From NCBI GenBank assembly GCA_020891255.1, contig BQFW01000015.1, positions 868,001 through 932,000 of the forward strand: a stretch of 64,000 bases of DNA. Direction: 5' to 3'. Under the pieces are notes generated by a model. It was not told the DNA's origin. It saw nothing but the letters and a program-made list of their open reading frames with translations, and made no database searches. The first letter of the stretch is position 1, and each line of letters begins with the position of its first letter. The stretch comes from Entomortierella parvispora E1425. Its lineage: Eukaryota > Fungi > Mortierellomycota. The position numbers were made by a program, and so were the translations under genes. Positions 33,931 to 47,790 of this stretch are shown here, in pieces.

Positions 33931-36900
33931 ATGAGCAAAGGGGGTAACATCAAGGTCGTGGTGCGATGTCGTCCACTGAACAGCCGAGGTAGAGATAAGG
34001 CTCTGACCCTGCCTTACTTTCTTCCGCATGTCAGGGGCTTTCATGCAAGCTAACACTGGTCCTCCTCTCTAGAACTGGCAAAGAACTCGGAATGCATCAT
34101 TCACATGGACGGCAACATGACGACAATCACCAAACCCGAAGGACCGGACGGCGCTGCAGGCGCACAAAAGTCGTTCTCGTTCGATCACTCCTACTGGTCC
34201 TTTGACAAGAATGACCCCAACTATGCTGGACAAAGGCGACTCTATGACGACCTGGGCGTTGAATTGTTGAATCACTCCTTCAGCGGATACAACACCTGCA
34301 TCGTAGCATGTAAGTAGATTAGGACGAGGAGGAGGAAGAGAGGTACAAAGAAGAAGGAGGCACAACAGGACTGAATCAGAATAACAACTATGAAGCGGGG
34401 CATGCGGGGCATGCGGGATGGGATCACCGATTTGCCATGTGAGATGATAGTGGACGTTGAGGATGAACGAGGGATGAAGTCCTGAAGAACAAGAGACTTA
34501 TACTGCTCACCCCTTGAATTCCATGAATAGATGGCCAAACAGGAAGCGGAAAGTCATATTCAATGGTGAGCAATGGTCCCTACAAACGATGTTTACGTTT
34601 GAACACAAGGTCAATGGACAACGGAAAGAACGTTGCAATGAAGACCATATCTCAACATGCCCGACAACATTCTTTATATTTGACTGTTATAGATGGGATA
34701 CGGAGAGGATCGTGGCATTATACCCCTCTCGTGTTTTGAACTCTTTAGACGGATAGAAGCCAATAAGGATCCTACTCTTAGCTATCGTGTTGAAGTCTCT
34801 TACATGGAGATCTATTGTGAGCGAGTTCGGGATTTACTCAATCCAAAAAATAAGGGACACTTGAAAGTACGAGAGCATCCATCCCTGGGCCCTTACGTCG
34901 AAGATTTATCAAAGCTTATGGTGACTTCCTTTCAGGATATTGAGAATCTTATGGACGAAGGAAACAAGGTAAGTTTAGAGATGCCATCGGTGTTGAGCAG
35001 CATGCGGATCATCATTACTCATCCTCGGCCTGTTGTCTGTGTTAGGCCAGGACGGTTGCTGCAACCAACATGAACGAAACGTCTAGTCGATCACATGCCG
35101 TGTTCACAGTCTTGTTGACACAAAAGAGATATGACATCGAGACAAAACTGGACACAGAGAAGGTTTCGAGGATTAGGTATGCTGATGACTGTCGAGCTAG
35201 AGTCAATTGAAGTAGAATGGCAATTTTCTAACACGGTCCTCTATTCTAGTCTTGTAGATCTTGCAGGAAGTGAGAGAGCCAACTCTACAGGAGCAACAGG
35301 TGCGCGTCTGAAGGAGGGCGCCAACATCAACAAATCGTTGACAACATTGGGAAAAGTTATTTCGGCACTTGCGGATGCCTCCAGTGCGGCACCACCCAAA
35401 AAAGGAACTAAAAAAGCTCCGGAAGCTTTTGTACCCTACAGAGACTCGGTGAGACGAAAGACTCTTTGGAACTAGACTGTTATTCACCCGACAGCACCAA
35501 CTTATATCGATATGTTGCTTTAATCATAGGTGCTAACCTGGCTTCTGAAAGATTGCCTCGGAGGAAATTCAAAGACTACCATCATTGCAGCACTATCACC
35601 AGCCGATGTCAACTATGACGAGACTCTGAGTACGCTTCGATATGCGGATCAGGCCAAGAGGATCAAGAACAAAGCCGTCGTCAACGAGGATCCTAACGCC
35701 AAGCTTATTCGCGAGCTTAAGGAGGAGTTGCTGGATTTGAGGTCCAAACTGGGTGTTTATGATCCGGCCCAGGCAGGATCAGATTGGAAGGCTCCAGACA
35801 CTGTAGTGACAATCGTAGATCTCCATGGAAATTCGAGGACCCTCACTAAGGAACAACTGCAGGACGAGGTGCAAGCATCAGAAAAGATCATGGCAGAGTT
35901 GAATGAGACCTGGGAAGAAAAGCTCAGAAAGACTCAAGAGATTCAACAGGAGCGTGAGCGGACCCTAGAAGAACTTGGCATCTCCGTGGAGAAGGGTCAT
36001 ATTGGAGTTCACACACCCAAGAGAATGCCGCACTTGGTAAATTTGAATGAGGACCCACTCATGTCGGAATGTCTGGTTTACCAGCTCAAGCCTGGTAAAA
36101 CCCAGGTGGGGAGACTCGAGTCCTCATTGCCGACCGATATTCGACTCTCAGGAAGCAACATCCATGACGAGCACTGCTATTTTGAAAACAGCAACTCGAA
36201 TGTGACCTTATACCCGGGCAAATCTTCGATGACGATGGTCAATGGATTGCGGATAAACAAACCCAAGCGACTGCGATCAGGATTCCGAGTGATCCTAGGG
36301 GACTATCACGTCTTTCGATTCAACCATCCAGAGGAGGTCAGGCGAGAGCGGGATCTTCAACTGCAGAGCACACCGACAACAACAAGTCGAGTTTCCTCAC
36401 CAACCACCAAAACTCACCCCCAACCCCAAACTCGACACTCCAACAGCATGGAGGATGATCGACCAGAGGACCGACCTGATTCGCCTATTTCGTCAGCTTC
36501 GGTCATGTCGGAATTCGTGGATTGGAATTACGCACGCAAGGAGGCGGTCATTAATGCCCACATGCTCTCAGAGACCAACATTAATCAACTCAAGGACCAA
36601 GATCTTGATGTGCTTTTTGACAACATCGCCAAAATCCGATACTTGCGGAAAAGTGTCCGTTCAGAGAGCTTTGGCGGATCTAGCTTTGATGAAGACTCTG
36701 AATCAAAATCGTCCAGGCTGTCGATGATCGAACGTTTGAATGGCGGCGAATCAGCGGTGTTTGGTGCAGGGTCCCCCGGAATGTGGGAGGACAACAAACA
36801 AGAGTCAACTGCCCAATCATCGCTTGAGTCATCTGCCTTGGCTCTCAAAGAGAAGTTGCGAATCGCCGAAGAGGAGGTTCAACACATGAATCAGGAACGA

Positions 36901-39900
36901 AAGGAGTATGAGGCCAAGATCCAGAACCTGTCTGCAGCAGAGGCAAAGTCGGATGAGCTACTGGCTGAAAGGGTACTTATGGAAGAACGACTCTTACAGG
37001 CCAAGGCGGAACTCTCGGCGAAGCTTGAAGAACAGCGAAAACAATACGAAGAAAAGATGAAGCGAATGTCTCTAGCCAGTGTCTCTGGTCAACGTCTGGA
37101 TTCGAAGGCCTTGAAAAGCGATCCTCGACTACTTTTGCCTCTTTATTCAGATTTCGAACTGGAACTGATCCACAAGACGCTAGCCCGCTGGAAGTCGCAC
37201 AGGAAAATCCACATGGCAGAGACGGTCCTGACAAATGCAGTACTGCTCAAGGAGGCCAATATCATTAGTCGAGAGCTATGCAAGCAGGTCGTTTATCAAT
37301 TTACAGTCGTGGAGGCAGGACAGTTTGCAAATCCGACGTCTTCATGGGAAAGTACATCGGGCTTGGATCAGTTCAACCAAGATGAAGATAGTTCCTTGCA
37401 GTCCCTGCAACGGCCTTGTATCGCTATCAAGGTGATTGACCACAAGAACGGCTCAATTTACATCTGGTCCTTGGAGAAGCTTAAAGTGCGGCTACATCGG
37501 ATGCGTAACCTGTACAACTTTGTGGATCGACCTCAATACAGGAAACATTTCAATATGGAGGACCCATTCTATGAATCACCCGAGCCACAATTCTCCTTTA
37601 TTGGAAGTGCTTCAGCGTCACTAAACAGTCTGGTCAGGATGCAGTTTCAGGAAAACGTGGTCCCAATTCTTTGCAGGACGACAGGAAAATCATTAGGACA
37701 GGCGCGGATAGGGTTGATTCCTCTCAGCCATAACGGTGCCAAAAGTCCGGCGGCTTTGTCTTCGTCAGCAGGATCGCCCTTTGGGAGATTGCATGGTTTT
37801 GAAGAAGAAGACGATACAGAAGCTGCTCTCTCAGGAGATCAAGTCAAAGTCGGGGACCAACTCTTGTTCGAAATTACATTGTTGACGGTGGAGGGACTGT
37901 CGGAAGAGCAATATACCCAAGTCCACGCTCAGTTCCGATTGTCTAATTTTACGGGACCACGGGATCCGCCGCCTCAAACCTCCTCTTCAAATGGTTCAAA
38001 AGCGGCTGCTCTTCAAGACAAAGTGTTTGCAACTGAACCTGTCGGCGGATTTGAAAATGAGCCGATATTCTTCGGATTCTCTCAAACGCTATCAATGGTG
38101 GTAACGGCGCCCATGCTGGAGGTCCTTACACATGGATCACTGCATTTTGAGTTCTTTGGCGAGGCAACACCGGCTACATTGGAACAATGGGAGAAATGGG
38201 ACCTGGATCTAGAAAACACTCAGCAATCGGAGCAGCAAGAATTGGCGCCTGGAATCAACAAACATAATGGTACAACCTCCTCGACAAAGAATGGGTCCAG
38301 TGGACGACACGCACGCAGAAGTACGATAGGAGGGGGGTCTTCAAATTCTCTCACAGAACGACGATCGGAAGATGAACTCATGATGGAGGAAAGCCACGAT
38401 GTATTGGCTCATATTCAGATCTGCGAGCTGGCCCCTTCGGGTGAATATGTACCTGTAAAAGTCATCTCCAACTCTGCAGTTGACATTGGAGCGTTCCAAA
38501 TTCGACAAGGTCTACAGCGCAGAGTTGTCCTCACTCTGTCTCATAGCTCCGGACGCCAGTTTCCTTGGAACCGTGTCTCTAGCCTGCATATGGGTTGCAT
38601 TCGACTTTTGGATGGTAAGGGCCGAATTTCAGAGTCACCTCCTCGAGGGGATGTCCTTTTGAACCTGGTTCCTGGAGGTCAGAAGGTTGAATACCCAACG
38701 GATGGCACAAGCGTCTTAACAGTACATGCCTCATGGGACAGCACATTGCATGAGTCCTTGTTCTTGAACCGTGTCACGGAACCGAATGCCCGTGTGCTTT
38801 TGACCTTGACTTGGCTTGTGGAGGCGGAGCGATGCGTCGATCCAGTCTGTTTCCGTATGGATATTGCGGCGCAGATCCAGGACCGGAGTGGCGCGTCCGT
38901 GGCCAGCTCGTCGTCATCGTCACCGTCTGGAAGTTCGTATAGGTCGTTGATGTCGATGCCTTTGATGTTTTTGCAGCAGCCTGCTTCCAGAAGCAAACGC
39001 TTGGTTTTGAAGAAGGCCAGTGGTCTTTTTTTGCTCAATCTCAAGCCAGTGGTTGTCAAGAAGGCATCGGAACTCTGGAGAATGAATACGGCCTCAAAAT
39101 ATGTCCGAGGAGAAGAGTTTTTGGAAGGGGTTTGGAAACCCCGAGGCGTCTCACTGGTGAATGAGTTCAAGGCTGTTAGAAGTCGAATTCAGAGACGGGA
39201 AGCAGTGGAGAGAACGCGACAATGGCTCCAGACACGGTACAGCCACGGACACAACAGTCTTTATGTTAACCAACAAGCTCTAGAGACAAATACCAATTCA
39301 GCGTCATCATTTGCGGACGGCTACAGTCTTGATGCAGATGAAGACAGCAAGGAAGTGGATGACGGGACGTATGATCAGAGGTCCAAGGCGCTTTTGAGAA
39401 GAGTCATCAAACTTTGGAAGTTCAAGCCGGTACAAATCGAGGAGGTTGCGATTAGTCAAAATCCACCTTCATTGGACACGGATGATCCTGAGGTGCTTAA
39501 GCAACCAAGGCCCTCCCCTCGACTCCAGTCAGAGGTGAAGCTCATAACAAAAAGGTAAGGAATAGCCCAATGGCTCTATGGTTTCTACCGTGTTTTCCTT
39601 AGGATATGTGATATCGATCTAATGATTTTTTTTTATCCATGCAGCGACAACATCTCAAAGAAAGGCTACCTTCTATATCCAGAAGCGAGAGACGACACTT
39701 GGGTCAAGCGTTGGTTTGTGATTCGACGTCCGTACATGTATATTTACACAAATCATTCCGAGACGGACGAGCTTGGTATTGTGAACTTGACTCAAGTCCG
39801 TGTTGATTACAAGAGTGACCTTGAGCAAATGCTGAACGTAAGTTTCTGTCTTGTGTTGCTGCAATCTCCTTTTTGGTTTCGGCTGCCATTTCCCTTGTAC

Positions 39901-40097
39901 TTCTCCCTTTCTAACCAATGTATCTTTTCTCGTATTTTCTGTACATTATATGCATAACACGCTAGCGCCGCTTTGTGTTCGCAATCTATTCATCCAGCAA
40001 TGCGTACCTACTGCAGGCGCCTAACCGCGACGAGATATGCTCGTGGCTGAACCACCTTGACCAATTCTTTGACATCTCACAGATCCCCAAAAAATAG
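33931..40097 (+). CDS. unc-104: Kinesin-3 (Unc-104/KIF1A-like): motor, FHA, coiled coil, DUF3694-like region, C-terminal PH
   Basis: [34 protein letters not shown] (assembled across exons), [47 protein letters not shown], and PH motif KKGYL...WVKRWFV. Confidence 0.93.
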
Positions 40098-40306
40098 AAA
40101 AATACAATTCAGCATATGGCTAGCGCCACCAAAATATTTCGTGACCGCGATTTTTGTTTACGCCGAATGGAGGCACAGCGTCCACCATTGTCAAAAGTTC
40201 ATTCATTGAACTCCTCCGTCTCCTACTAATTCCCAGGCAGACATTCATTGGATCGCCATACAGGAGCCCCAACCGGTCAAGAAAGGATACAACATTGACC
40301 CTACCC

Positions 40307-43300
40307 ATGGAGGCTACACAGGAACACATTAGTGTCGGATGCAACCGACTTACTCAGGCTCTGGCTTGGGGCGCAGACGGACTCGCAGCCTTTGGAGCTC
40401 ATCATGCCGTGGCGTTGTACCATCCCATGGTAATGCGTGTTGTTTGCTTGGTCAAATGCCCCTGGGAATGAATGGAAACTCGAGAGCCTCTGAAACACCT
40501 TGTACAGGCCTTCTTCATACCTGTACACCAGCTTACCGTATATCTTTCTCTGTTTTTTTGGTAAAAAAAAAAAAAAAAAAAAAAAAAATCAGGATCCAGC
40601 AAGAACAGGTGTACGCACGACTCTTCAAGGACACACCAATCGCGTCAATTGCGTAGCCTTCTTGAACAGAGGGCATGAACTGGAGCAAAGGAATGTGGCC
40701 ATTGTTTCAGGATCGGCCGACAAGACGGCCAGAGTCTGGAAGAAGTCCATTCACCAAAAGCGCGCTGGTCATGGCGATGAGGATAAGGATGGAGATCATC
40801 AATGGGTCTGTTCCGCTGTTCTGGAGGGGCATACGGGATCCGTTGTCACCATCGGTGTCGTGCGCGCAAAGTCGATTTTGACGGACAAGGACTTGTTCGC
40901 CACTGGAGCTGGTGATGGAACGATCAAGATCTGGGAACGCAAGGAGCTGGATGATAGCAGGGGTAAGGGATTGTTAGGCTTTAACTAACGGGCTGGAATG
41001 ACGGCGGGAGAAAGAAAACGGAAAGAAGGAAATGCATCGAGGTAAAGCTGACAATGACACCCTTTTTTTGGGATCTCTGAAATCTGAACAGATGAGGTGA
41101 CCTGCATTCAGACAATCCAGGTCGGCAAGAAGTACGCCCAGTCGATTGCTATTTCTTATCTTCCTGATACCATAATTCCTGTCATGGCTGTGGGAAGTAC
41201 TGACAACAAGATCAACATTTACGTCATGCAGTCGAACCAGGTAATACACCCCTATCATTGGATCTCTTCACTGCAATCTTGGTACCGAGAAAAAGACTGA
41301 AACTTACCAATGTCCAATTTCTCTATGGCATAGTTTGAGAAAGTGCTCTCATTGCAGGGACACGAGAACTGGGTCAGATCATTGGATTTTGCCACATTTA
41401 CATCAGAGGAAGAGGAGGGCACAACTGGAGGATCAACACAGGCACCAAATAGCGGAAGCTCGCACCATCACACTTTGCAGGATGGAGATTTGCTGTTGGC
41501 TTCTGGATCCCAAGATAAATACATCCGCTTGTGGAGGATATCTGGTGTGGATTCTCAAGCTGATCAGCAAGACAGTGAAGCAGGCGGGGCACAATCGGGA
41601 ACTGAGGCTTCGTTGACCCAAGAGATGCTCAAGAGTCTGGAGGAAATGTCAAAGTCTGGAACCCAACTCAGCACAAAGGCTCATATGATTGAGGTATCTA
41701 CTGGTCAGGAGGGAGGAAACGGCGAGCCTGCTTCCACCAAGAAGTTCTCTGTCATTTTCGAGGCCCTGCTGTTGGGACATGATGACTGGGTTTACACAAT
41801 CAACTGGCAACCTGCACAGGCTAGTGCTGTGACTGGACGTTACTATCAGCCAATGGCTCTCCTTTCGGCGTCAACAGACAAGAGTATGATGATCTGGAAG
41901 CCGGATGAGGCTACAGGTGTCTGGGTGAACAACACTCAGGTGGGAGAAGTCGGTGGAAACACGATTGGTTTCTATGGAGGATTGTATGGGCCTGATGGTC
42001 GATGGATCTTGGCTTATGGCTACAACGGCGCGTTCCATATTTGGAAGAACGAGGGCAACGAGATTGGTGGTAAGCAGCGCAATTGGATAAGAAGGATTCA
42101 ATGGACTTTACTCCGAGAATGACTCGAGCGCTCACACTTATTCATTCATCAATATCTTTTCCCCCTCATAGATCGATGGGTGCCTCAAGTATCAGCTAGT
42201 GGACACTACCTCTCTGTGCAGGATATTACCTGGGACCCAACACAATCCTACTTGGTGTCTGTTTCTCTTGACCAAACAGCACGACTTTTGGCGCCATGGA
42301 AGCACGAGGTCTCTATCAGTGAGAAGACACAGACTTTGTCGACCTGGCACGAGATTGCGAGACCTCAGATTCACGGATATGACGCCCAATGTATTACGTT
42401 TTCAGACAAGTGGACTTTTGTGAGCGGCTCGGATGAAAAGGTCCTTCGAGTCTTTGATGCACCACAGACCTTTGTTCGATCCCTGGCTCAATTGACGGGC
42501 AATGATTCCGTTCTGGCAGATGAGGTAACTTTGAGTTTAATCGCACATTGAGGGTCGAAAAACGTGTGGAAGTTCTAATCATTCTAACTTGTGTTTCTGA
42601 TGCTCATAGAGCTCTCGTCCTGTCGGAGCAAACTTGCCGGCGTTGGGATTGTCCAACAAGGCTGTTTTTGAGAATGATATTGCATCGATGGTGGAGGCTC
42701 AGGAATCAGAGGAGTATTTGTCCCAGCAGGCCTTTGTTTCTACAGGAGCGACGCCGACATCACTGGTCGAGACCATGAAGCAACCACCATTCGAGGAGCA
42801 CCTCCTGCAACACACGCTTTGGCCAGAAGTCGAGAAGCTCTTTGGACACGGTTATGAGCTCATGTGCGTAGACGCGTCCCATCACGGCCCTAGAAAGTGG
42901 GTGGCCTCGGCTTGCAGGGCTCATACACCCGATCAAGCTGTCGTTCGACTCTTTGATTCTTCGACATGGAAACAGTCGCCACACCCTTTGGTTTCACATA
43001 CACTCACTGTCACGAAAGTTTTGTTCTCGCATAACGACCGATATCTCTTGTCGATTTCGCGTGATCGTCTCTGGAGTTTGTTTGAGCGGGTAGAGGATCT
43101 GGAGGCTGAGGACCCCTACAAGCTGGTGGCGAGTCAAAAGGCCCATGCTCGTATCTTGTGGGATTGCTCCTGGAGTTTTGATGACTCGATGTTTGCAACG
43201 GGATCGAGAGACAAGACGATCAAGATTTGGACCAAGGGAGCGAACGAGGGACCTTGGGCAGCCATTGCAACACTGAAGTTGCCAGAGGCCGTGACCGCAG

Positions 43301-43678
43301 TTGAATTTGGCCCAGATTTGAGTTCTTTGGGACTCTTGGGAGAAAAGACACCACATCATGTTCTTGCTGCTGGTTTGGAAGACGGTCGTGTGTTCTTGTT
43401 TGGTTGTACCAATGAGCACCCCGAGTCTTGGACCAGCCTTGGCGAGATCCCCAGAGAGTAAGGAGGCTGGTTTGGCTGTTTTTTATCTACCATCTTTGTA
43501 GCTTTTCTAACATTTTTTTTATTTTACTCTGTGGCCCTATAGGTTGACGCACACTGGCACAGTCAACGGACTGACATGGCGTCTTTTCAAGGGCGAGGAT
43601 GCGGCGATTCCCAAGTTGCAGCTGGCCAGCTGTGGAGTAGATCACTCTGTGCGCCTCTTCAACATTCGTCTTCATTAA
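40307..43678 (+). CDS. ELP2: Elongator complex subunit 2 (WD40)
   Basis: GHTNRVN, LQGHENWVRSLDF, LASGSQDKYIRLWRI, LLGHDDWV, HEIARPQIHGYD, PALGLSNKAV, LWPEVEKLFGHGYE. Confidence 0.93.
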
Positions 43679-44288
43679 ATTCAAATACCTTGACATCAAA
43701 TCACACGAACGTGTAGATCGGTCGCGCAAAAGGACCCATTACTGTCATGAACCAAGAGCCGAGGGTCCACCTTAGCTCTTCTGGAAAACTGGCGATCTTG
43801 GGTTGAAGATAATAAGCTCATCCGCTGCCGGCTTTGGGCTCTGAACGATTCCTGGATGCGTGCACGTTTTTGGCCTTTTTTTTTTCTTTTGGTGTAGTGA
43901 ATCCACTGGTTGGCCCTAGCTTCTATGACCGAAACCAGTCAGGATTACTAGGGTCGGACACGTTCGGCGGAGAACCAGCAAAAAAGACCGGAAGAAGAAA
44001 GCACGCACGCACTCATGAATTGCACGTACCAGTACTTGCGTGGATTTGAAGAAAGTTCATGCTCGGAGGGTGGGCAAAGACAGAACAGACATGAAAGGTG
44101 AAACAGGCTGGAAACATCAGGATTCCCAGGTACCAGAAATCTTTTCGCCGTCATTCAGGAACCAGGGGGATTCACTGACAAAGAACTCTTTGTATAAAAG
44201 GCAGATCTGCCTCTGCCTCTTTTCATTTGCCTCCCATCGCCTTGCCTCGCTTTATATCTTTCTCTCTCGTCTCTTTCGTATCATAGGC

Positions 44289-45116
44289 ATGTCATACGCC
44301 AACCTCTTTAATGCGGATGCTGGAGCGGGCCTCAGTAGAGCCTTCGGGAATGCTCTGACCTATATCATTCCTAAGACCTACAGATCGCCTGCGCGACCAA
44401 AAGTGGATGCTCCCGCGCCCTATGTCGCTGGATCTCCTCGATTCAAAACGATGACGCACATTCGCATGGCCGTCTTTGGGCTTCCTTTTTTCAACTTTTT
44501 CTTGATGCTTTTTGGCTACTTTGGAAGGCGACCCAACATTGACTACGCTATGGAGCAAGGAATCTGGGTCCAGTTCGCTTCAAATGTTTTCCTGATAGTC
44601 ATCGCCACTGCAGCCACGAAAGGCAAGTGCCTTTGGAAACCCTGGAAGCGAACGACCTTCATTGTCCTCTATGCCATCCTTGGAGTCGCGGCCGCAGTGG
44701 GACCACTTGTCAATATGAAGCAGGAGGCAGATATCGCAAGGGTGACCCTCTATGGTCGCTACGGTCCAGCACTCTATCTCCAATGCGTCCTCACTCTTTC
44801 CGGGTGTATATGTATTGTGCTGCTGTTCGTGGAAAACCATTTGGCCATCAAGAACTGTGAGGAGGAGTGGCGTCTGTTCAACCCAGAGGAAGCCAGAGTG
44901 CAGGCAATGATGTCGGGCGAAGCTATGGTCACACCAACCCGACAGTCTTACTCCCAGCAAGACTTCAACCCCAGTCCTCCAGAGTACACGGGTGACTTTA
45001 ACGATGGATTGCCCGCGTATCACTCTTCATCGACTGGATCATCGTCCACGCGGCCATCACCAATCTCGGCCGCGGCATCCGCGGGACCTCGTCAATATCC
45101 TTTTCCAAAGGCGTAA
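44289..45116 (+). CDS. Hypothetical multi-pass membrane protein with PY motifs in the C-tail
   Basis: Single-exon ORF with about four hydrophobic segments; tail contains PPEY and LPAY. Confidence 0.7.
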   Translation: MSYANLFNADAGAGLSRAFGNALTYIIPKTYRSPARPKVDAPAPYVAGSPRFKTMTHIRMAVFGLPFFNFFLMLFGYFGRRPNIDYAMEQGIWVQFASNVFLIVIATAATKGKCLWKPWKRTTFIVLYAILGVAAAVGPLVNMKQEADIARVTLYGRYGPALYLQCVLTLSGCICIVLLFVENHLAIKNCEEEWRLFNPEEARVQAMMSGEAMVTPTRQSYSQQDFNPSPPEYTGDFNDGLPAYHSSSTGSSSTRPSPISAAASAGPRQYPFPKA

Positions 45117-45487
45117 AGAGTCGACGTCTCTTTTCGGACCACGTTAGTAATTTTACTTCATGAAAACAACAATAAACATGCAAAACGTACAACTTTTGAA
45201 GCGTGTTATGAAAGTCGACACGAAGGTCCGTCCCCTTGTCATTACTGTACAAGAAGACTTTGTCCTTGCAGTGAAAAGAGAGTGGCATCCGACAATAATA
45301 TGGATCGGGTGTCTGAGCAACACAGCGCTGGCCTTATTTTGTGCAATTCGTCGTCTGCCTTCGCCTGTTTCGCCTTTCTTTTCCGCTCGACTCTTTCCAT
45401 CCTTCCCACCCTTTCTTCACTTTGCCCAACCCTCCGCACCCACCCTCTCATCCACACTCAACACTCACCTATACCCCCTTTCCTCCA

Positions 45488-46291
45488 ATGACCCCGAGAG
45501 AGTTCCTCTATGCGTCTCTTCGCCCGCTGAGGATCATCATCGGGCTCCTGGCCTTTGCCAACTTTGTGACACTCACAGTCTCGCTCCACGTCTACCAGGA
45601 CGACGACGAGCTGGCTCCTCTGTCCTTCATGGACTTTCAACAGCTCCTCGTCAACGGCATCGTCTTTCTCGCCTGTGTCTACTCCTTTTATGGCCGAGGC
45701 CAATACGTGCCTTCGTACAGGGCCACCATGATTTGGATCATTTGCACATTTGCCGCCATTTACTCCATTTCACTCCTGGTCCGAATTCAAAGCGTGGGTG
45801 GCTGCGACTCGCCCCCCATGACCTTTGTCAAGACTCGATGCAAAATGCAATACGGCATCTCTGCTGTGGGTTTACTCTGGGCCGTCTTGTTGGTGACCGA
45901 GGGCACACTGACGTTCAAGCAGAGTCGGGACCTGGATTGGTTGAACAAGGAAAGGATCTTGGAGGAGCAGCGACAGGAAGAGACGGCCGTCCGGTACCAG
46001 CCCGACCTGTCCCTGTACGGTGGACAGTCTTCACCACAGGACGGCGCTCCAGGGTCGACAGGTCCAATGGCAGGAGGCGAGTTGCGTTCAATGGCTGTGG
46101 AAATGGAACCGTTACCGGTGTATATGCCTCGGCCAGACAAGAACCAGCCCATGATTATGGATATGGCCAACCGACCTGCACCGACGTACTATGTGCCGCC
46201 CTCCCAGTCTGGAGGCGAGAACGCAGATGCCGGGTCATCATCCAGTATGGCCAACCCAGACACGGCGGGCCTCCCTTCCTACTCTCGATGA
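45488..46291 (+). CDS. Hypothetical 4-TM (MARVEL-like) membrane protein with PY motifs
   Basis: Four hydrophobic segments with a Cys pair in the last loop (GGCDS...RCK); tail contains LPVY and LPSY. Confidence 0.72.
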   Translation: MTPREFLYASLRPLRIIIGLLAFANFVTLTVSLHVYQDDDELAPLSFMDFQQLLVNGIVFLACVYSFYGRGQYVPSYRATMIWIICTFAAIYSISLLVRIQSVGGCDSPPMTFVKTRCKMQYGISAVGLLWAVLLVTEGTLTFKQSRDLDWLNKERILEEQRQEETAVRYQPDLSLYGGQSSPQDGAPGSTGPMAGGELRSMAVEMEPLPVYMPRPDKNQPMIMDMANRPAPTYYVPPSQSGGENADAGSSSSMANPDTAGLPSYSR

Positions 46292-47583
46292 AAAGGGTTA
46301 AAGAACGGCCGACAGGTCAGCCACCCTCTTCCCCTCCCCCCTTTGTACTTGTAGCACCACAAAATAAATTTGAATTTGATATCATCATCGTGACAGGGCC
46401 AGATGTTTCCTCTCCCCCAACAGTCTCACTGCATCAACCATGTGTGTTTTATGTTGTCTTGGTGGAAGGTGCACTTGCTGTGTGAACGCGCTACATTGTC
46501 ACCTTGCTTCTCACCCACTCCACAATCGGGTGAAAAGTCGTCATTGTCCATCATTGCCTCTCCTTCACACGGAGCACCCGGACAAGCCTTGTTAAGGATC
46601 TCTTCCGTAAGACCCAAAGACCAAGTGCAGTGTGGGTGTGTGTGGCTCCAGGTATTTCTCACCTGTGGTGTGGCCCTCATAGCCCAGTACCCTCAGCATC
46701 ATCCTGCGGCCTGATTAACCTCTGGACGCACCGACCAGCCTGTCTCTAATGTTCTGCTGGCGTAAAGAACATCCAGGTGAGCCAACCTTTCTGCACTCGA
46801 CTCTCTGAATATCAACCTCGTTTGGCCCCTAATTCTCATCCGAGGAAATAGGCTGCTCCGGATCTTCCAGGCAGATTATGGCGAAGAGAGGACGCAAAAA
46901 CGAAGCTTATGAGTTCATTGGACGAGTGCAGAAGAAAAAGAGCAAAAATAAAAATAATCATAAAAAGGAGTGGCTCGAACTTCTGAAGGGCCATTTCATC
47001 CTTTTCACCACTTTGCGGGTCTGCCAGTGCGACTTTGGCTTCATGTCAAACAGGAAAAAAAAAATGCGTACTTTCTACCTTGGTATCAAGCAGTCTTGGC
47101 TCCACAGCTCGTCCTTCATCCATCTAGGGCTGACTTACTTGATGGCTATTTCAGTTGGCTTGGCGCATGGTGTATCCCTGTCCACTCGAACACAACATGC
47201 TTCCAGGCTGAAGGTCCTCCCATTTGTAGTTTATTACGTCGTTTCCGTTGAGACGATCCTCGTACAGACTCAAATCTTGTGGTAGATACTCAACACACCG
47301 AAAATATGAAAATATGGTCCGCTGAAGCGCGACAGGCGGTGTGAAAATGTGGCATGGGCGTGTCAAGCATGAGTTGAGTGTGGTGCGTGGGTGGTGTAGG
47401 GGGTGTTGGGTGGAAACAAGGAGGCTGGTCGAGAGTTTGGGTGATGGAGGGAAGAAGCGATGCGAGCATGCAACAGAGAGGCGAGAGGCAAGAGGCAAGT
47501 CTTCGGTGCCTGGAAGAGGCCAAAAAAAGACTCGCGCCGACAGCCTTTGCTCGTTCATGCATTCAATTCATTTCTTTCGCTTT

Positions 47584-47670
47584 TTCATTCATTCATTCAT
47601 TCATTCATTCATTCATTCATTCATTCATTCATTCATTCATTCATTCATTCATTCATTCATTCATTCATTC
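47584..47670. repeat. (TTCA)~21 perfect microsatellite
   Basis: Directly visible, ~120 bp upstream of the ATG at 47791. Confidence 0.97.
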
Positions 47671-47790
47671 TTTTGCTGTCTTCATTCCTTCCTTCCTTGG
47701 CTCCACCCTGCCCTTCTCTTTTTCGATTCATTCTGCATCCCGACTACCCGCTTTCTCCACACACGCAAGCACACTGAGGCTCCACTCACC

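Noticed and set aside
45160-46485. 441-aa ORF overlapping the 4-TM gene
   Set aside because: It is an alternative frame of a GC-rich gene with no protein-like composition; the 45488 frame explains the region.
47584-47670. CRISPR-like array
   Set aside because: A simple tetranucleotide repeat without spacers. No CRISPR array was seen anywhere in the window.
47341-47790. ORFs with FIHS/SFIH repeats (also 12292-12869)
   Set aside because: These are translations of (TTCA)n and (AG)n microsatellites, not proteins.
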